DNA of 61,109 nt from Candidatus Eiseniibacteriota bacterium (GCA_043810925.1 JBDRNT010000045.1:1-61109), one strand, 5' to 3'; positions 48,070-58,318 are shown, counted from the stretch's first letter. The notes: generated by a model not told the origin, from the letters alone. Translations and numbers: made by a program.

Positions 48070-48127
48070 ATCCAACGTTGGCATCAGCCCCTGGCTTTTC
48101 GCGTCGGATGCTTTAGCCTGGTCGGGC
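48070..48127 (-). mobile_element. Degenerate attC site
   Basis: Minus strand GCCCGAC...GGCTGATGCCAAC-GTTGGAT directly before the next RBS; left arm eroded. Confidence 0.5.
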
Positions 48128-48186
48128 AGCTTTCCTTTTCATGAATTCCTTGCTGTTACCAGAACTTGGTAGAATCATTTTCTTGT

Positions 48187-48579
48187 TTATCCCTTTTCCA
48201 CCATGACTTCTTTCAGCCAATCAAGAGCATCATCTTCTTGTAAGAAAATCTTATGGCCTATTCCAAGATTGTGCGTAACGGTTTCAAAGAATTTATATTC
48301 CTCTTCTTGTTGCCCAGAGGTTATCAGTATCGCTGTCTTGACAGCCCGTGTTTTTTGGAATACGGCAAGCTTTCTTGGTAGATAGAACCAATCGGCAAAA
48401 GACGCCTTCACTCTTGCCTGCCTGACATCACACAGAATATTGTACTGATTTTCCGCAGCTGTTGTTCTTGCTTGAGTGATAATCCTCTCGCCAACATCCT
48501 TTGCGATTTCACCATGAACAATCAAACGCACTATGCACCGTTCTTTATCCAAAGTGATTGCGTATTGTTTATCACTCAT
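48187..48579 (-). CDS. Hypothetical protein, STAS/SEC14 (SpoIIAA-like) fold (gene cassette)
   Basis: ILCDVR, KTAIL, KIF..EDDALDWL; AT-rich. Confidence 0.7.
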   Translation of the reverse strand: MSDKQYAITLDKERCIVRLIVHGEIAKDVGERIITQARTTAAENQYNILCDVRQARVKASFADWFYLPRKLAVFQKTRAVKTAILITSGQQEEEYKFFETVTHNLGIGHKIFLQEDDALDWLKEVMVEKG

Positions 48580-48669
48580 CTCTTTCTCCAATGTTTTCTA
48601 AGTCAACCTGAACTGTCTTGCTTAAATGCAGTTGGACAATTGTTCATTGGAAGTTCCTGTGTTCTTGGC

Positions 48670-48765
48670 GCCAAACGGCGTGAATCAGCGGTGAGCAAGG
48701 CGGCGAGGCTCTTGCTCTGTCAGAGCCGTGACGCCGAGCATGACCGCTGAATGCACATGTTCGCT
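48670..48765 (-). mobile_element. attC site
   Basis: Minus strand AGCGAAC..TCAGCGGT..CGGCG..GGCTCT/AGAGCC..CGCCG..ACCGCTGA..GTTTGGC; R'' CAGCGAAC is complementary to GTTCGCTG at the cassette start (49043-49050). Confidence 0.7.
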
Positions 48766-48768
48766 GCA

Positions 48769-49026
48769 TCATTCTTTCGGTTCCTCCGGAAGGTTCTCCA
48801 GATTCCGCACGAACCGCTCCAGGTTGAATACTCGCTTGTTCTTCATGATGTCCCAAACTTCTATACAGACTGCTTGGCCGATGTATAGCCTCGCGTCCTC
48901 CTCGGAAATTCCCTGTGATGTCAGGCGGTTGAGCGTCTCCCGAGTCTCAGGAGGATCATTGTTTGCGATCTGGTTGTCGACCACCTCCATGAACGCGGCT
49001 TTCAGGTACGGATTCGTCTCGTCCAT
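48769..49026 (-). CDS. Small hypothetical protein (gene cassette)
   Basis: EVVDNQI..NDPPETRETL.RL; bounded by GTTCGCTG and an attC. Confidence 0.75.
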   Translation of the reverse strand: MDETNPYLKAAFMEVVDNQIANNDPPETRETLNRLTSQGISEEDARLYIGQAVCIEVWDIMKNKRVFNLERFVRNLENLPEEPKE

Positions 49027-49230
49027 TTCATCGTCTCTGTTTCAGCGAACTACCGATTACCGCAGAATCAGGCGGTTGTCAATGCAATTGCTCACGGCCT
49101 GAGTGTCAGGCTGTCTCAGGCTAGCTCCGTCTCTCCCGGTTGGGTGCGCTGTCTGCGTAGGAGACCGGACAGGCGATGCAGGAATCGTGCGAGCCGTTCC
49201 GACTCATCGGCCTCCGGGCGGCAGCCGGTA

Positions 49231-49623
49231 TCACTTTTCCCTTCTGTACACAACAGTCAAATCGGAGATTTCGAAGCCCAGCCTCCGGAAGAACCCTATG
49301 TTATCAGGGTCCGCCCTCAATACATAAGTGACCTTGTCACTGCTGCTCAGAATCGCCTTGATCAACCGTCTTCCGATACCTCGCCCCCTGTACTCTTCAT
49401 CCACAACAACGTTGTTGATTTGACCATTGAAAGCATGGTCTGTCATACACCTCGCAAACCCTATCATTCGTTTCCTGTCCCATGCAGTGACAACAATATT
49501 CGAATTTTCGATCATTGCCTGAACCCTTGCCTGATCAGTCTTATCAGCCCAACCGGCCTGCCGGAACAGGCTTACGAGTTGACTGATATCAGGGAACTCA
49601 TCAGTCGAGATTTCGATGTCCAT
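49231..49623 (-). CDS. GNAT family N-acetyltransferase
   Basis: IGFAR, VVDEEYRGRGIGRRL, GFFRRLGF. Confidence 0.9.
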   Translation of the reverse strand: MDIEISTDEFPDISQLVSLFRQAGWADKTDQARVQAMIENSNIVVTAWDRKRMIGFARCMTDHAFNGQINNVVVDEEYRGRGIGRRLIKAILSSSDKVTYVLRADPDNIGFFRRLGFEISDLTVVYRREK

Positions 49624-49799
49624 CTGTCCCCTCTTCTGCTCCGCTGACTGTCCACTCCCTTAGCAGGGACCCACACTGCTCGCCAAGTTACCGGGGATTC
49701 AGGCATCTGTCAACGTGTTTGCCGACGGGGGGCGACGGCCATGTGACGGAGGTGCCTCAGCCGGCACCCCAGTAGCATAAAACAGGGGTCTCATGCTGA

Positions 49800-49828
49800 T
49801 TTACAAACCCCTCCAAATGTGTTAAAAT
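49800..49828 (+). promoter_or_regulatory. Sigma70-type promoter
   Basis: TTTACA-N17-TAAAAT with TG extension; AGGAG RBS downstream. Confidence 0.6.
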
Positions 49829-49865
49829 AGAGAGTGTACAGCATATCTAACAGAAGGAGAAGAGT

Positions 49866-52800
49866 ATGAAAACCAGTCTTTGGGCGGCGACTTTCGGTCT
49901 TGTTGTCATTGCTATCCTCACCCTCCCTTACACGCTCGGAAGCGCGACATCCGAGGCTTGGACGGCCCCGGAAACGGCCGTACCGGGACTCGAGATCTCA
50001 GGCGATCCCGCGGTCTGGCAGCGTGAGCACGTAAAAGCCCTTGATCCCGTCTATGACGGAGCCTCGGGCCGTAGAGGCAAGGGTGATCTCATGGGGTTTT
50101 ACTTCGATCAGGAGACCGACAGGCTATCGATGCGTGTCAATCTCTTCCGGCCGCCTGGTGTGTTCGAATCGGACCCGCTGCTCGCCGAGGGAATCGAGGC
50201 CTATGTACTGATGGACTATATGCCCGGCGGGACGACGGCACTTCCGGGTGATGTCACTGGGACTGCGCCCTTTGCGTGGGACCGGGCGGTCGAGCTGGTG
50301 GAGAGCGATGGCCGACTTGTGGCCCGCGTGCTCGACTCCGGTCTGGCCCAGGAAGAGACACAGCGGCTCCGGCGTGTGATCGGTTCCCGGCGTTGGGGAA
50401 CAATGGAGACCAGCCTTTGGCTGCCGGGTGGTTTTAAAAGAGCTGTCGCCGCCGCTTCCGGCGAGAGTGAGAACCGCTACGGAGCAGTAGCCGCGCAGGC
50501 GGCTGAGGCCGAGGCCACTCCGATCAAATTCTACGTGTTCACGGCTTCCGACGGGGCGGTTCTCGATGAGATCACAGCAACCAACTCGCCGACGAGTAAC
50601 ACGCATAACGTCGCCTTTGCCCAGCATCTCAACCAGGGACTCACCTACACCACGGTCTTTAGAGGCGAGCGGGAGGAGCTGGCTTCTTACGACGGCGATC
50701 CCAATAACCCCGACGACGGTGCGGACGAACTGCTGGCCGCGCATGACTACTACAACCTCCCGCTTAACTGGCACCAGGGCGGGCTCCTGATATCGGCCGC
50801 CGAGTGGCACGACCCCACCTTTAACGACTGGATAGCAGCGGGGGTTACCGCCGGTAGATACGAAATTCTGACATCGGCTCTGGGCCAGCAAATCATGCCC
50901 TTCATCCGTGATGAGATAAACGGTAAGTCGGTCGATGTCGAAAACGACATGATCCTGACCCACTACAGCTACGTACCGCGCGTGGCCTGGGTACCAGAGC
51001 GGGTGTGGGTCGAAAACCCCGACCTTGACGGTAACGGAATAACCGCCTCCGCCAATGTGATCGACTACATCGGTGATGACTTCACGGACAACGGCGTGTG
51101 GGCCGTCATCCTCGACGACTATGTGCACTGTGGCTACAACAACAACGCGTTCAACGATCATCACATCTACACTTATAACTCGGTCAAGATTCTGCCCCTT
51201 GATAACGACTTTGTGGGCCAGGTCAACTGGAGTGCAGGTGATGCCTGGAATACGATCCTGGCGGGCACCTCGGATGAGATCATACTCTATGCGAACGATG
51301 CCGAGGTGGCGGCCGAGGTTTCTCAGGGTGCCGTAAACCCTGATGCGCTCAATAACTACATCTGGCTGCTGCAGCAATGTAGTGGAAACACCAGTGTCGG
51401 AGTCTGGAAACTCACGGACGTGCTCATGGACGCCGGCTTCACGACCCAGGCTCTCACGCTCCAGAACGGGACCTACGGCCTCCTGGGCGAGTTTTATGGC
51501 TATGGCGGAGGCAACAACCAGTGGTACGGGGACTGGGCAGGTTACGCCGGGGACTCCAACCTCGACGGCCACATTCCCAAGTGGGACTACGGGACCCAGT
51601 GGAATTTCACACTCACCAAGATTCTGAGTGTACCCGACAACAACCTGCGCGAAATGGCCTGGTATGTTCTTATGACCAACCTGCACGAGACGGGCTGGCA
51701 TGACGAGGGCGAGATATCAGGCTGGGCGCACCATTACAGCAACCACATGCGTTCGGGTAATGCTCATGCCGAGGCCGCACGCTGGGCCGGCGGCCTCTAT
51801 GCCGATACGACGGGAGCCTACACATCCGACTTCGATGACGACGGTGTGGATGAACTCGTCATGTTTAACGACCGCCTGCTCGCCGTCTTTGATGCGATCG
51901 GCGGCAAGCTCCAGTGGCTCTTCTGTAAGGGCGTGGATTATGACTACAGTGTTGTCTCCAATGACAACGCCTACTGGCCCGACACCGACGGCGATTACAA
52001 CGAAACAAATCACGTGGCCGTGCTTTCAGATGTGAGTGTGGCCGGGATCGACCGCGAGCATGAACTCTATACCCTTGAGGTAACGACTGCATCGGGAGGC
52101 ACAGTTGAGGCCCGGGCGGTCCATGCGGCCGTGACCAAGACGATTTCCCTCACCTATGGTGATTCCTATCTCAAGGTGCAGTACATGGCCGGCGGGGATC
52201 GTGTCTATGTCAAGAACGGCTTCTGCCCCGATAACCTCGATCTTACGTGGTCGGGTAAATCGCTCGAGCGTGTCTGGGACCCAGACGGTGGTGGTTACTT
52301 CGGACAGAAGAACACCAATACCGATGCCACAGCGGCGATCATCGTCGGAAGCGGAGGGGCGACACACAATCTTCAGTTCTCGGCCACACTGCTTGAGGGC
52401 GACGAGTTTTACGGTGACAGCCCCTTCGAGGTCTATGTCTACGGCGGCTACACAAGCCCTTCCGATACCAGCGGTAACATCGCCGAACTGATGGCGCTTC
52501 GTGACAGTCTTGTCGACCGGATCGCGCCGTCACCGCTCAGCGGTACGCATTACTCGGCCAACGATCATCTCATAATATATTTCGATGAAGCGATCGATGC
52601 ATCGAGCGTGGTTGTAACGGGGTTTGCATTTGATGATGACGATGACGGCATCGCGGATGTGACCATGACCACATCGGATTCGCTGGTGACCACCGGCTTC
52701 AGTAAAGGTCTCGGGTTTGATCTGAGTACTGCGACGGCGACCGCTATTGAAGCCTTGACGGGCCCAATCGAACTTCTGCTTGCGGCCTCATCGGTTGAGG

Positions 52801-53885
52801 ACGCCTCAGGAAACGGTAATGACCTGGTCACCAACGTAGACGACGTACCGATCAATATCGCGCCCGTCACGAAGATACAGATCGACGGCTGGCTTACCGA
52901 TACCGACTGGGAGTGTCCGCGGCTCAGGCTTGAGGACTGGTGGGATTCGGCCTGGAACGGCTCGGGACCGGGAGATACGAATGAGATCAATATAGTCTAC
53001 GCTGACTGGGACTCGACCTATCTCTATCTCGGCATCCGCGGTCATGTAAAGGGCAACTCCTGGGTCCTTTATCTCGACACCGACGTTGACGGTCCCGACG
53101 GGTTCACCGATCTTACTGCTATCGACCATTGGGAACGTGGCGCCACATTCAGCGCGACCGGCTTCAAGGTTGACTACGAGATGGGAGCATACCAGCACCA
53201 GGGAGGCTCTGACGGCCAGTCCATGTGGCGGCTCTTAAGTGATACCACCAGCGAGGACATACGCTCGCAGATCGTCATGAGTTTCGATCCGCAACATGTC
53301 TATGGCTACGACGGTGGAAGCGAGATCGCGATCCCATGGGACGTGCTCTACGGTCTGGGACCGGGGCTCGTACCGCCGAACACCAGGATAGGTGTCGTTG
53401 CATCCGTATGCTGGGACCCCGAGCCCAGCGGAGAGCTTGGCGGCGACTCGGCACCCAACAACGTGTCGGCTGTGCTTCCTGCTGTCGACAACTTCAGCGA
53501 GGTCGAGGTTGATGGTGACGGCGACGGCGTCCCCGATCCATGCCCGTGCTGTGAGGCAGGGGTTACACCGGGTGACAGACCGGACAGGACCCGGGTCTTA
53601 AGCGCCTATCCCAGCCCCGCTCGATCAGAGGCACGCGTGCCGATGGTACTTGGAACGCCATCGGCGGGTGGGAAGCAGCTTTACGATGTTCGGGCCGAAG
53701 TCTTCGACATAAGAGGTCGCAGCGTCAGTGTCGCTCTGACGGGTAGTCTACCCTCAGGAAGGCATATCATAGGTTGGGACGGCCATACTGCATCGGGGCC
53801 GGCCGCCGGAGCGGGCATCTATTTCATGCAGGTAACCGTGGACGGCAGGGTCGCCGGAACAGTAAAGATCGTTCGGATTCCGTAA
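49866..53885 (+). CDS. Large secreted GH57-like glycoside hydrolase with C-terminal sugar-binding-like and FlgD-Ig-like domains
   Basis: Signal peptide; QHLNQ, AWVPERVW (nucleophile Glu), YANDAE (acid/base); C-terminal AYPSP..VFDIRGR..WDG...GIYF. Confidence 0.72.
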   Translation: MKTSLWAATFGLVVIAILTLPYTLGSATSEAWTAPETAVPGLEISGDPAVWQREHVKALDPVYDGASGRRGKGDLMGFYFDQETDRLSMRVNLFRPPGVFESDPLLAEGIEAYVLMDYMPGGTTALPGDVTGTAPFAWDRAVELVESDGRLVARVLDSGLAQEETQRLRRVIGSRRWGTMETSLWLPGGFKRAVAAASGESENRYGAVAAQAAEAEATPIKFYVFTASDGAVLDEITATNSPTSNTHNVAFAQHLNQGLTYTTVFRGEREELASYDGDPNNPDDGADELLAAHDYYNLPLNWHQGGLLISAAEWHDPTFNDWIAAGVTAGRYEILTSALGQQIMPFIRDEINGKSVDVENDMILTHYSYVPRVAWVPERVWVENPDLDGNGITASANVIDYIGDDFTDNGVWAVILDDYVHCGYNNNAFNDHHIYTYNSVKILPLDNDFVGQVNWSAGDAWNTILAGTSDEIILYANDAEVAAEVSQGAVNPDALNNYIWLLQQCSGNTSVGVWKLTDVLMDAGFTTQALTLQNGTYGLLGEFYGYGGGNNQWYGDWAGYAGDSNLDGHIPKWDYGTQWNFTLTKILSVPDNNLREMAWYVLMTNLHETGWHDEGEISGWAHHYSNHMRSGNAHAEAARWAGGLYADTTGAYTSDFDDDGVDELVMFNDRLLAVFDAIGGKLQWLFCKGVDYDYSVVSNDNAYWPDTDGDYNETNHVAVLSDVSVAGIDREHELYTLEVTTASGGTVEARAVHAAVTKTISLTYGDSYLKVQYMAGGDRVYVKNGFCPDNLDLTWSGKSLERVWDPDGGGYFGQKNTNTDATAAIIVGSGGATHNLQFSATLLEGDEFYGDSPFEVYVYGGYTSPSDTSGNIAELMALRDSLVDRIAPSPLSGTHYSANDHLIIYFDEAIDASSVVVTGFAFDDDDDGIADVTMTTSDSLVTTGFSKGLGFDLSTATATAIEALTGPIELLLAASSVEDASGNGNDLVTNVDDVPINIAPVTKIQIDGWLTDTDWECPRLRLEDWWDSAWNGSGPGDTNEINIVYADWDSTYLYLGIRGHVKGNSWVLYLDTDVDGPDGFTDLTAIDHWERGATFSATGFKVDYEMGAYQHQGGSDGQSMWRLLSDTTSEDIRSQIVMSFDPQHVYGYDGGSEIAIPWDVLYGLGPGLVPPNTRIGVVASVCWDPEPSGELGGDSAPNNVSAVLPAVDNFSEVEVDGDGDGVPDPCPCCEAGVTPGDRPDRTRVLSAYPSPARSEARVPMVLGTPSAGGKQLYDVRAEVFDIRGRSVSVALTGSLPSGRHIIGWDGHTASGPAAGAGIYFMQVTVDGRVAGTVKIVRIP

Positions 53886-53891
53886 CGCCTC

Positions 53892-54377
53892 TCACTCACT
53901 GAAGCGGGTGTCTGACTTCTGATCGAGGGCCTCCTGGGTCTTGCCCTCGAGCCAGCCGATCTTAACGCCCTCGGTTGCGTCGAACTCGCGCACGCAGGGT
54001 TTGATATCAAGAAGCGGCGTACCGTCGAGCATATCCACATCTGCAACGTATACCCTGTTACCATCCACGCGCTTTAGCCTCACAACGGAGATGCCGATCG
54101 GGTTGGGCCTCCTGGGCGCCCGTGTTGAGAAGAGACCACGCTTGACCGTATCGAGAAAGGGCACAACCTTGAGCGAATATCCGCTCGATCTATGCAGGTG
54201 GTAAATGAGGAATATGTGTGAGAAACCTTCAAGATCACTGAGCGCTTCCTTGTAACGGGGCTCCACCTCCACCCAGCCCTCAATCCCTTTCGCACCGGCC
54301 GGCTGGATCGGCATTCCCTCAAGTGTCTCAAAAGGTGTGTGGATTAGACCTATGGGCTCGTAGACTATCTTTTCCAT
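53892..54377 (-). CDS. tsaA: tRNA (t6A37-N6)-methyltransferase TrmO/TsaA
   Basis: PIGLIHTPF, GLFSTRAPRRPNPIG, DMLDGTPLLDIKP. Confidence 0.92.
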   Translation of the reverse strand: MEKIVYEPIGLIHTPFETLEGMPIQPAGAKGIEGWVEVEPRYKEALSDLEGFSHIFLIYHLHRSSGYSLKVVPFLDTVKRGLFSTRAPRRPNPIGISVVRLKRVDGNRVYVADVDMLDGTPLLDIKPCVREFDATEGVKIGWLEGKTQEALDQKSDTRFSE

Positions 54378-54421
54378 ACTCAGCCCTTCACGGCAGCTTC
54401 ACAACCGGCACCAGGCGCTCT

Positions 54422-55276
54422 TTACGTACGCGATTTGAGGATCGCGGATATGTCGGGTTCAGGCCTAGCCTCTGAAAGCACGAGTCCGCGGAGTAATTTT
54501 TCGTCGAATGCAGGCTTGTCGACCTTGTAAAAGAGGCCTATCGGGATCTTACCCTCTCCCTTTCCGTCCCACTCCCTTGCCTTCGCGTGGGCGGCTTCGA
54601 GGTTACCGGCATCGTGGTCTTCCATCTCATAGACGTTCTTGTTGTAGAACTGGTAAGTGTTGAAGAAAGTGAAGCAGGGCTGGAGCACATCGATAAAGGC
54701 GAAGCCCTTGTGAAGTGCCGCCTGCTTCATGAGATCGGCAAGATGATCCGCTTTCACGGAATAGCCCCTCGCAACAAACGTAGCACCCGCGGCAAGCATG
54801 AGCTCAAGCGGGTTGATCGGCTCCTCCAGACTTCCCCTGGGAGTAGATCGTCCCGGGAAACCCAGCGGACTCGTGGGTGTGAACTGACCGGTGGTGAGTC
54901 CATAGACCCTGTTGTTGTGAATGATCATGGTAACATCGATGTTACGCTTGGCCGACATCAAGAGATGTGCGAGCCCTTCACCGTAGCCGTCACCGTCCCC
55001 CGCAAAGCCGATCACCGTGAGATGCCTATTGGCCAGCTTCACTCCCGTTATCGTGGGCGGAACCCGGCCGTGGATCGAGTAGAAGGTGTTGACATTGACA
55101 TAGTCCGCGATCTTGGCGTGACAGCCGATCCCGGAGGCCAGGACGATGTTCTCTGGGGGCAGGCCTCCCTCGACAAGCCCCGTGAGTGCCTTCTTCACGC
55201 TGGAGAGGATCCCGAAATTACCGCAACCCTTGCACCAGGTGTTTGCTGCGTAGGTATCCAGTTTGATCTCGGTCAT
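54422..55276 (-). CDS. 2-oxoacid:ferredoxin oxidoreductase beta subunit
   Basis: WCKGCGN, SGIGC, GDGDGY, YGLTTGQ. Confidence 0.92.
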   Translation of the reverse strand: MTEIKLDTYAANTWCKGCGNFGILSSVKKALTGLVEGGLPPENIVLASGIGCHAKIADYVNVNTFYSIHGRVPPTITGVKLANRHLTVIGFAGDGDGYGEGLAHLLMSAKRNIDVTMIIHNNRVYGLTTGQFTPTSPLGFPGRSTPRGSLEEPINPLELMLAAGATFVARGYSVKADHLADLMKQAALHKGFAFIDVLQPCFTFFNTYQFYNKNVYEMEDHDAGNLEAAHAKAREWDGKGEGKIPIGLFYKVDKPAFDEKLLRGLVLSEARPEPDISAILKSRT

Positions 55277-56928
55277 TTCGTCACCTCCTCTACCCTCGTA
55301 CGGAGCCCGTCTATGGTGAAAGGCCGCCCGTCATACTTAAGTATCATCTCGTCAACCATAACACCGTTACATGCCAGGAGTCGCGCGAGTGAACCGGTCG
55401 CATTGACCTCGACACCGATCAGGTTCTTGGCTCCCTTAAGAGCTTCCTTCAAGGCGTTCACCGGGAAGGGTTCCATCACAAGCGGCTGGACCACCCTGAG
55501 ACCCATCGCTTCAGCCACCTCGATACAGGCTCCCTTGGTCGATCCCCAGGTTACAAGTGCCGTGGGGGACTTCTTATCACCATAGACCTTGACGGCTTCC
55601 ATGTTGTCGACTTCACGTTTGAGATACGGCAGCTTGCTGAGCCTCTTCTCATACATGCCGGCAATTCCCGCCGGCTCTTCGGTAGTGATACCGTAGGCGT
55701 CATGTTCGTAGCTTGTTCCCTTGACCACTGCCCCCGGATTCCCGGGAAAGGCAAGCGGCGAGATGCCGTCCTCGGCTGCAAGATATCTCTTGTAGTCACC
55801 CTCACCGTCCCACAACGTGGCTTCCTCCCGACTTACCTCATCACCCTTGCTTTCGAAGGAGTAAGTGCTCTCACTCAGGTTCTTATCGGTTATCACAAGC
55901 GCGGGGATCTGATGCTTCCAGGCCGTGTTCATTGCAAGTCCTGTAAGCAGGAATGCCTCATCGGGGTCACCCGGCGCAACGACGAAGCGAACGAACTCGC
56001 CGTGGCCCGCGTTCAGGATGAAGCCAAGATCGCCTTGCATGGTGTATGTCGGAACACCGGTGCTTGGTCCCGGCCGCTGTGAGACTATGAAGACCACGGG
56101 AGTCTCACTCTGGCCGCACAGACTTAAGCCCTCTACCATGAGGGCAAAGCCCCCACCTGAAGATCCCACCATCGTCCGTGCTCCCGCATAGGCCCCGCCT
56201 ATGGCACTTATCGCGGCGGCTATCTCGTTTTCGGGATGATACGTCACAAGACCCAGCTCTTCCTCATACTGTGCAAGGAAGTGGAGCACACTCGATGCCG
56301 GAGTCATGGGGTAGGCGATATAGAGACCAAGCCCCGCCCTGGCGGCTCCCAGGGCAATCGCCTCGTTACCCTGAATGAGCGGGAGAGGCTCGGAAGATGT
56401 CCTCTCCAGATGGAACCTCGGCTCGCCCGCCGCCTTGTAGCTGGCCTCCCCGATCTTAAGATTGAGATCGGTCTGCTTCTTGACTCCGCCTTCGATCACA
56501 CCCCTGACTGTTTCCCAGTCAAGGCCCAGGATCTTGCCCGTAGCAGCCAGGGCGGCGATGTTCCTCATGATGGGCTTCCCGCCCGCCTGCTTCACGAGAC
56601 TCGAAAAAGCCGTACCCACGCCGTCGGCATCGACCTCGTCGGAGTCATAGACCACGATGCCGTCTGGCCTGAGATGCGGCATATGCTTCACTACGGTCTC
56701 TTGATTGAGGGCCACGATGATATCGAGATCATCATTTCGGGCCAGTATCTTGCTCTCGCTTGCCCGGACGATGCTGAAGTTGTGCCCACCGCGGATGAGT
56801 GAAGGATAGTCGTCCCAGAAGTATATGCGGTATCCAAGGCTCGCCAGCATGCCGGCAACGAGACTTCCGACCTGGCGTATTCCGTCGCCTGCCTGACCAC
56901 CTACCAAAATGGAGCACTCTTGCATCAT
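55273..56928 (-). CDS. 2-oxoacid:ferredoxin oxidoreductase fused gamma-alpha subunit
   Basis: GGQAGDG, YPSLIRGGHN, YPMTPAS, ENEI, QRPGPSTGVPT. Confidence 0.92.
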   Translation of the reverse strand: MMQECSILVGGQAGDGIRQVGSLVAGMLASLGYRIYFWDDYPSLIRGGHNFSIVRASESKILARNDDLDIIVALNQETVVKHMPHLRPDGIVVYDSDEVDADGVGTAFSSLVKQAGGKPIMRNIAALAATGKILGLDWETVRGVIEGGVKKQTDLNLKIGEASYKAAGEPRFHLERTSSEPLPLIQGNEAIALGAARAGLGLYIAYPMTPASSVLHFLAQYEEELGLVTYHPENEIAAAISAIGGAYAGARTMVGSSGGGFALMVEGLSLCGQSETPVVFIVSQRPGPSTGVPTYTMQGDLGFILNAGHGEFVRFVVAPGDPDEAFLLTGLAMNTAWKHQIPALVITDKNLSESTYSFESKGDEVSREEATLWDGEGDYKRYLAAEDGISPLAFPGNPGAVVKGTSYEHDAYGITTEEPAGIAGMYEKRLSKLPYLKREVDNMEAVKVYGDKKSPTALVTWGSTKGACIEVAEAMGLRVVQPLVMEPFPVNALKEALKGAKNLIGVEVNATGSLARLLACNGVMVDEMILKYDGRPFTIDGLRTRVEEVTK

Positions 56929-56979
56929 TCCCTCCCGGACTCACAGATTGAGGTTTCGGCCTCCCCGTCTAAAGCGGCT

Positions 56980-57438
56980 TTAGAGCTGGGCTATGATCTC
57001 CTCGATGTCCGGCCGCTCCGGTATGGGGTAGATCTTCTTGAACTTCACCTTGCCCGTATCGTCGAGTATGAGAACGGCACGCTTGCTGGTGCCGTGTTCA
57101 TCTCTGAAAATGCCATATTCGATGGCAACTGCACCATGGGGCCAGAAGTCGGAAAGAAGCCGGATTTTCTCCACACCCATGCTTTCAGCCCAGGCCTTCT
57201 TACAGGGCGTGCTGTCAACGCTTATGCCAAGGGCCACGGCGTTGAGCTTGTCCATCCTGTCCGCACTCGCCTCAAGGTCTTTCATCTGCTGAGTGCAGAC
57301 CCCCGTCCAGGCGAGCGGATGAAACCCGAGCACGACCTGCTTGCCTTTAAGCCCGCTTAAGGTGACGTCGTTGCCGTGGTGGTCCTTGAGCGTGAAGTCC
57401 GGGGCGGTATCACCGACATTGGTTTCCTTTTGTGGCAT
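56980..57438 (-). CDS. Peroxiredoxin (AhpE-like)
   Basis: APDFTL, FHPLAWTGVC, LLSDFWPHG. Confidence 0.9.
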   Translation of the reverse strand: MPQKETNVGDTAPDFTLKDHHGNDVTLSGLKGKQVVLGFHPLAWTGVCTQQMKDLEASADRMDKLNAVALGISVDSTPCKKAWAESMGVEKIRLLSDFWPHGAVAIEYGIFRDEHGTSKRAVLILDDTGKVKFKKIYPIPERPDIEEIIAQL

Positions 57439-57511
57439 TGTCTACCTCCTCCAAGGTTTGAAGATCTATCAGAATTAGATGCAGCTTAAGCCTTTAGCGT
57501 TACAGAGCCGG

Positions 57512-58309
57512 TTAGTCCACCCACCTGGGCTTTCGCTTCTCCAGGAAAGCGGTCATGCCCTCCTGGGCCTCATCACCCGATCTGAGTTCAGCTATTACAC
57601 GCGCTGTGTATTCCTTGGCTTCCGCAAGTGACATGAATGAGATCTTGTTGAGAAGGTCCTTGCTCACCGCAAGAGCATGCGGGCCGCTTGTGACGAGGTT
57701 CGAGACCTTCTCTTCAACCCGCTTTGAGAGATTGGAATGCGTGACGACGTCGTTTACAAGCCCGACTGCTTTCGCCTGGTCGGCGGATATCCGTTCGCCG
57801 GTCAGGAACAGTTCACGGCATGCGGTCTCGCCGACCTTCTTAAGAACATACGGGCCGATGCACGCAGGAACTAGCCCGATCTTGACCTCGCTCATGCTGA
57901 ATTCAGCCCTGTGGGATGCGATCGCAATGTCACAGGCGGCAACCAGACCGTTGCTCCCTCCGATCGAGGCACCGTTTACTCTCGCTATCGTGGGCTTCGG
58001 GAGATTGTAGAGCTTGAACATCAGCTCGGCAAGTTCAAGCGCGTCGCTCATGTTCTCCTCGTAGGTGAAGCCCTTCATCTTCTTCATCCAGTTGAGGTCG
58101 GCTCCCGCGCAGAAGGCCTTGCCGCTGCCGGTAAGCACTACCACCCGGACGGCCTCATCCTTTTCGACTGCATCAAGCGCCCGGATCAGCTCTTCAATCA
58201 TCACCTCATTGAAGGCGTTTCGAACCTCAGGACGGTTGAGTGTAATCCTCGCCACCTTGTTTTCAGACTTGACCTCGATAGTCCGAAATGCAGTGCTCAC
58301 CTCTCTCAC
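57512..58309 (-). CDS. Enoyl-CoA hydratase, methylglutaconyl-CoA hydratase (LiuC)-like
   Basis: LNRPEVRNAFN, FCAGADLNWM, SEVKIGLVPA, AFLEKRKP.W. Confidence 0.85.
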   Translation of the reverse strand: MREVSTAFRTIEVKSENKVARITLNRPEVRNAFNEVMIEELIRALDAVEKDEAVRVVVLTGSGKAFCAGADLNWMKKMKGFTYEENMSDALELAELMFKLYNLPKPTIARVNGASIGGSNGLVAACDIAIASHRAEFSMSEVKIGLVPACIGPYVLKKVGETACRELFLTGERISADQAKAVGLVNDVVTHSNLSKRVEEKVSNLVTSGPHALAVSKDLLNKISFMSLAEAKEYTARVIAELRSGDEAQEGMTAFLEKRKPRWVD

Positions 58310-58318
58310 TCCCTCTTT

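Noticed and set aside
48600-48640. Additional attC (GTCCAAC...GTTGACT on the minus strand)
   Set aside because: Too short and lacks a convincing L-box stem; at most a remnant.
50124-51701. 525-aa antisense ORF
   Set aside because: Shadow frame of the GH57-like gene.
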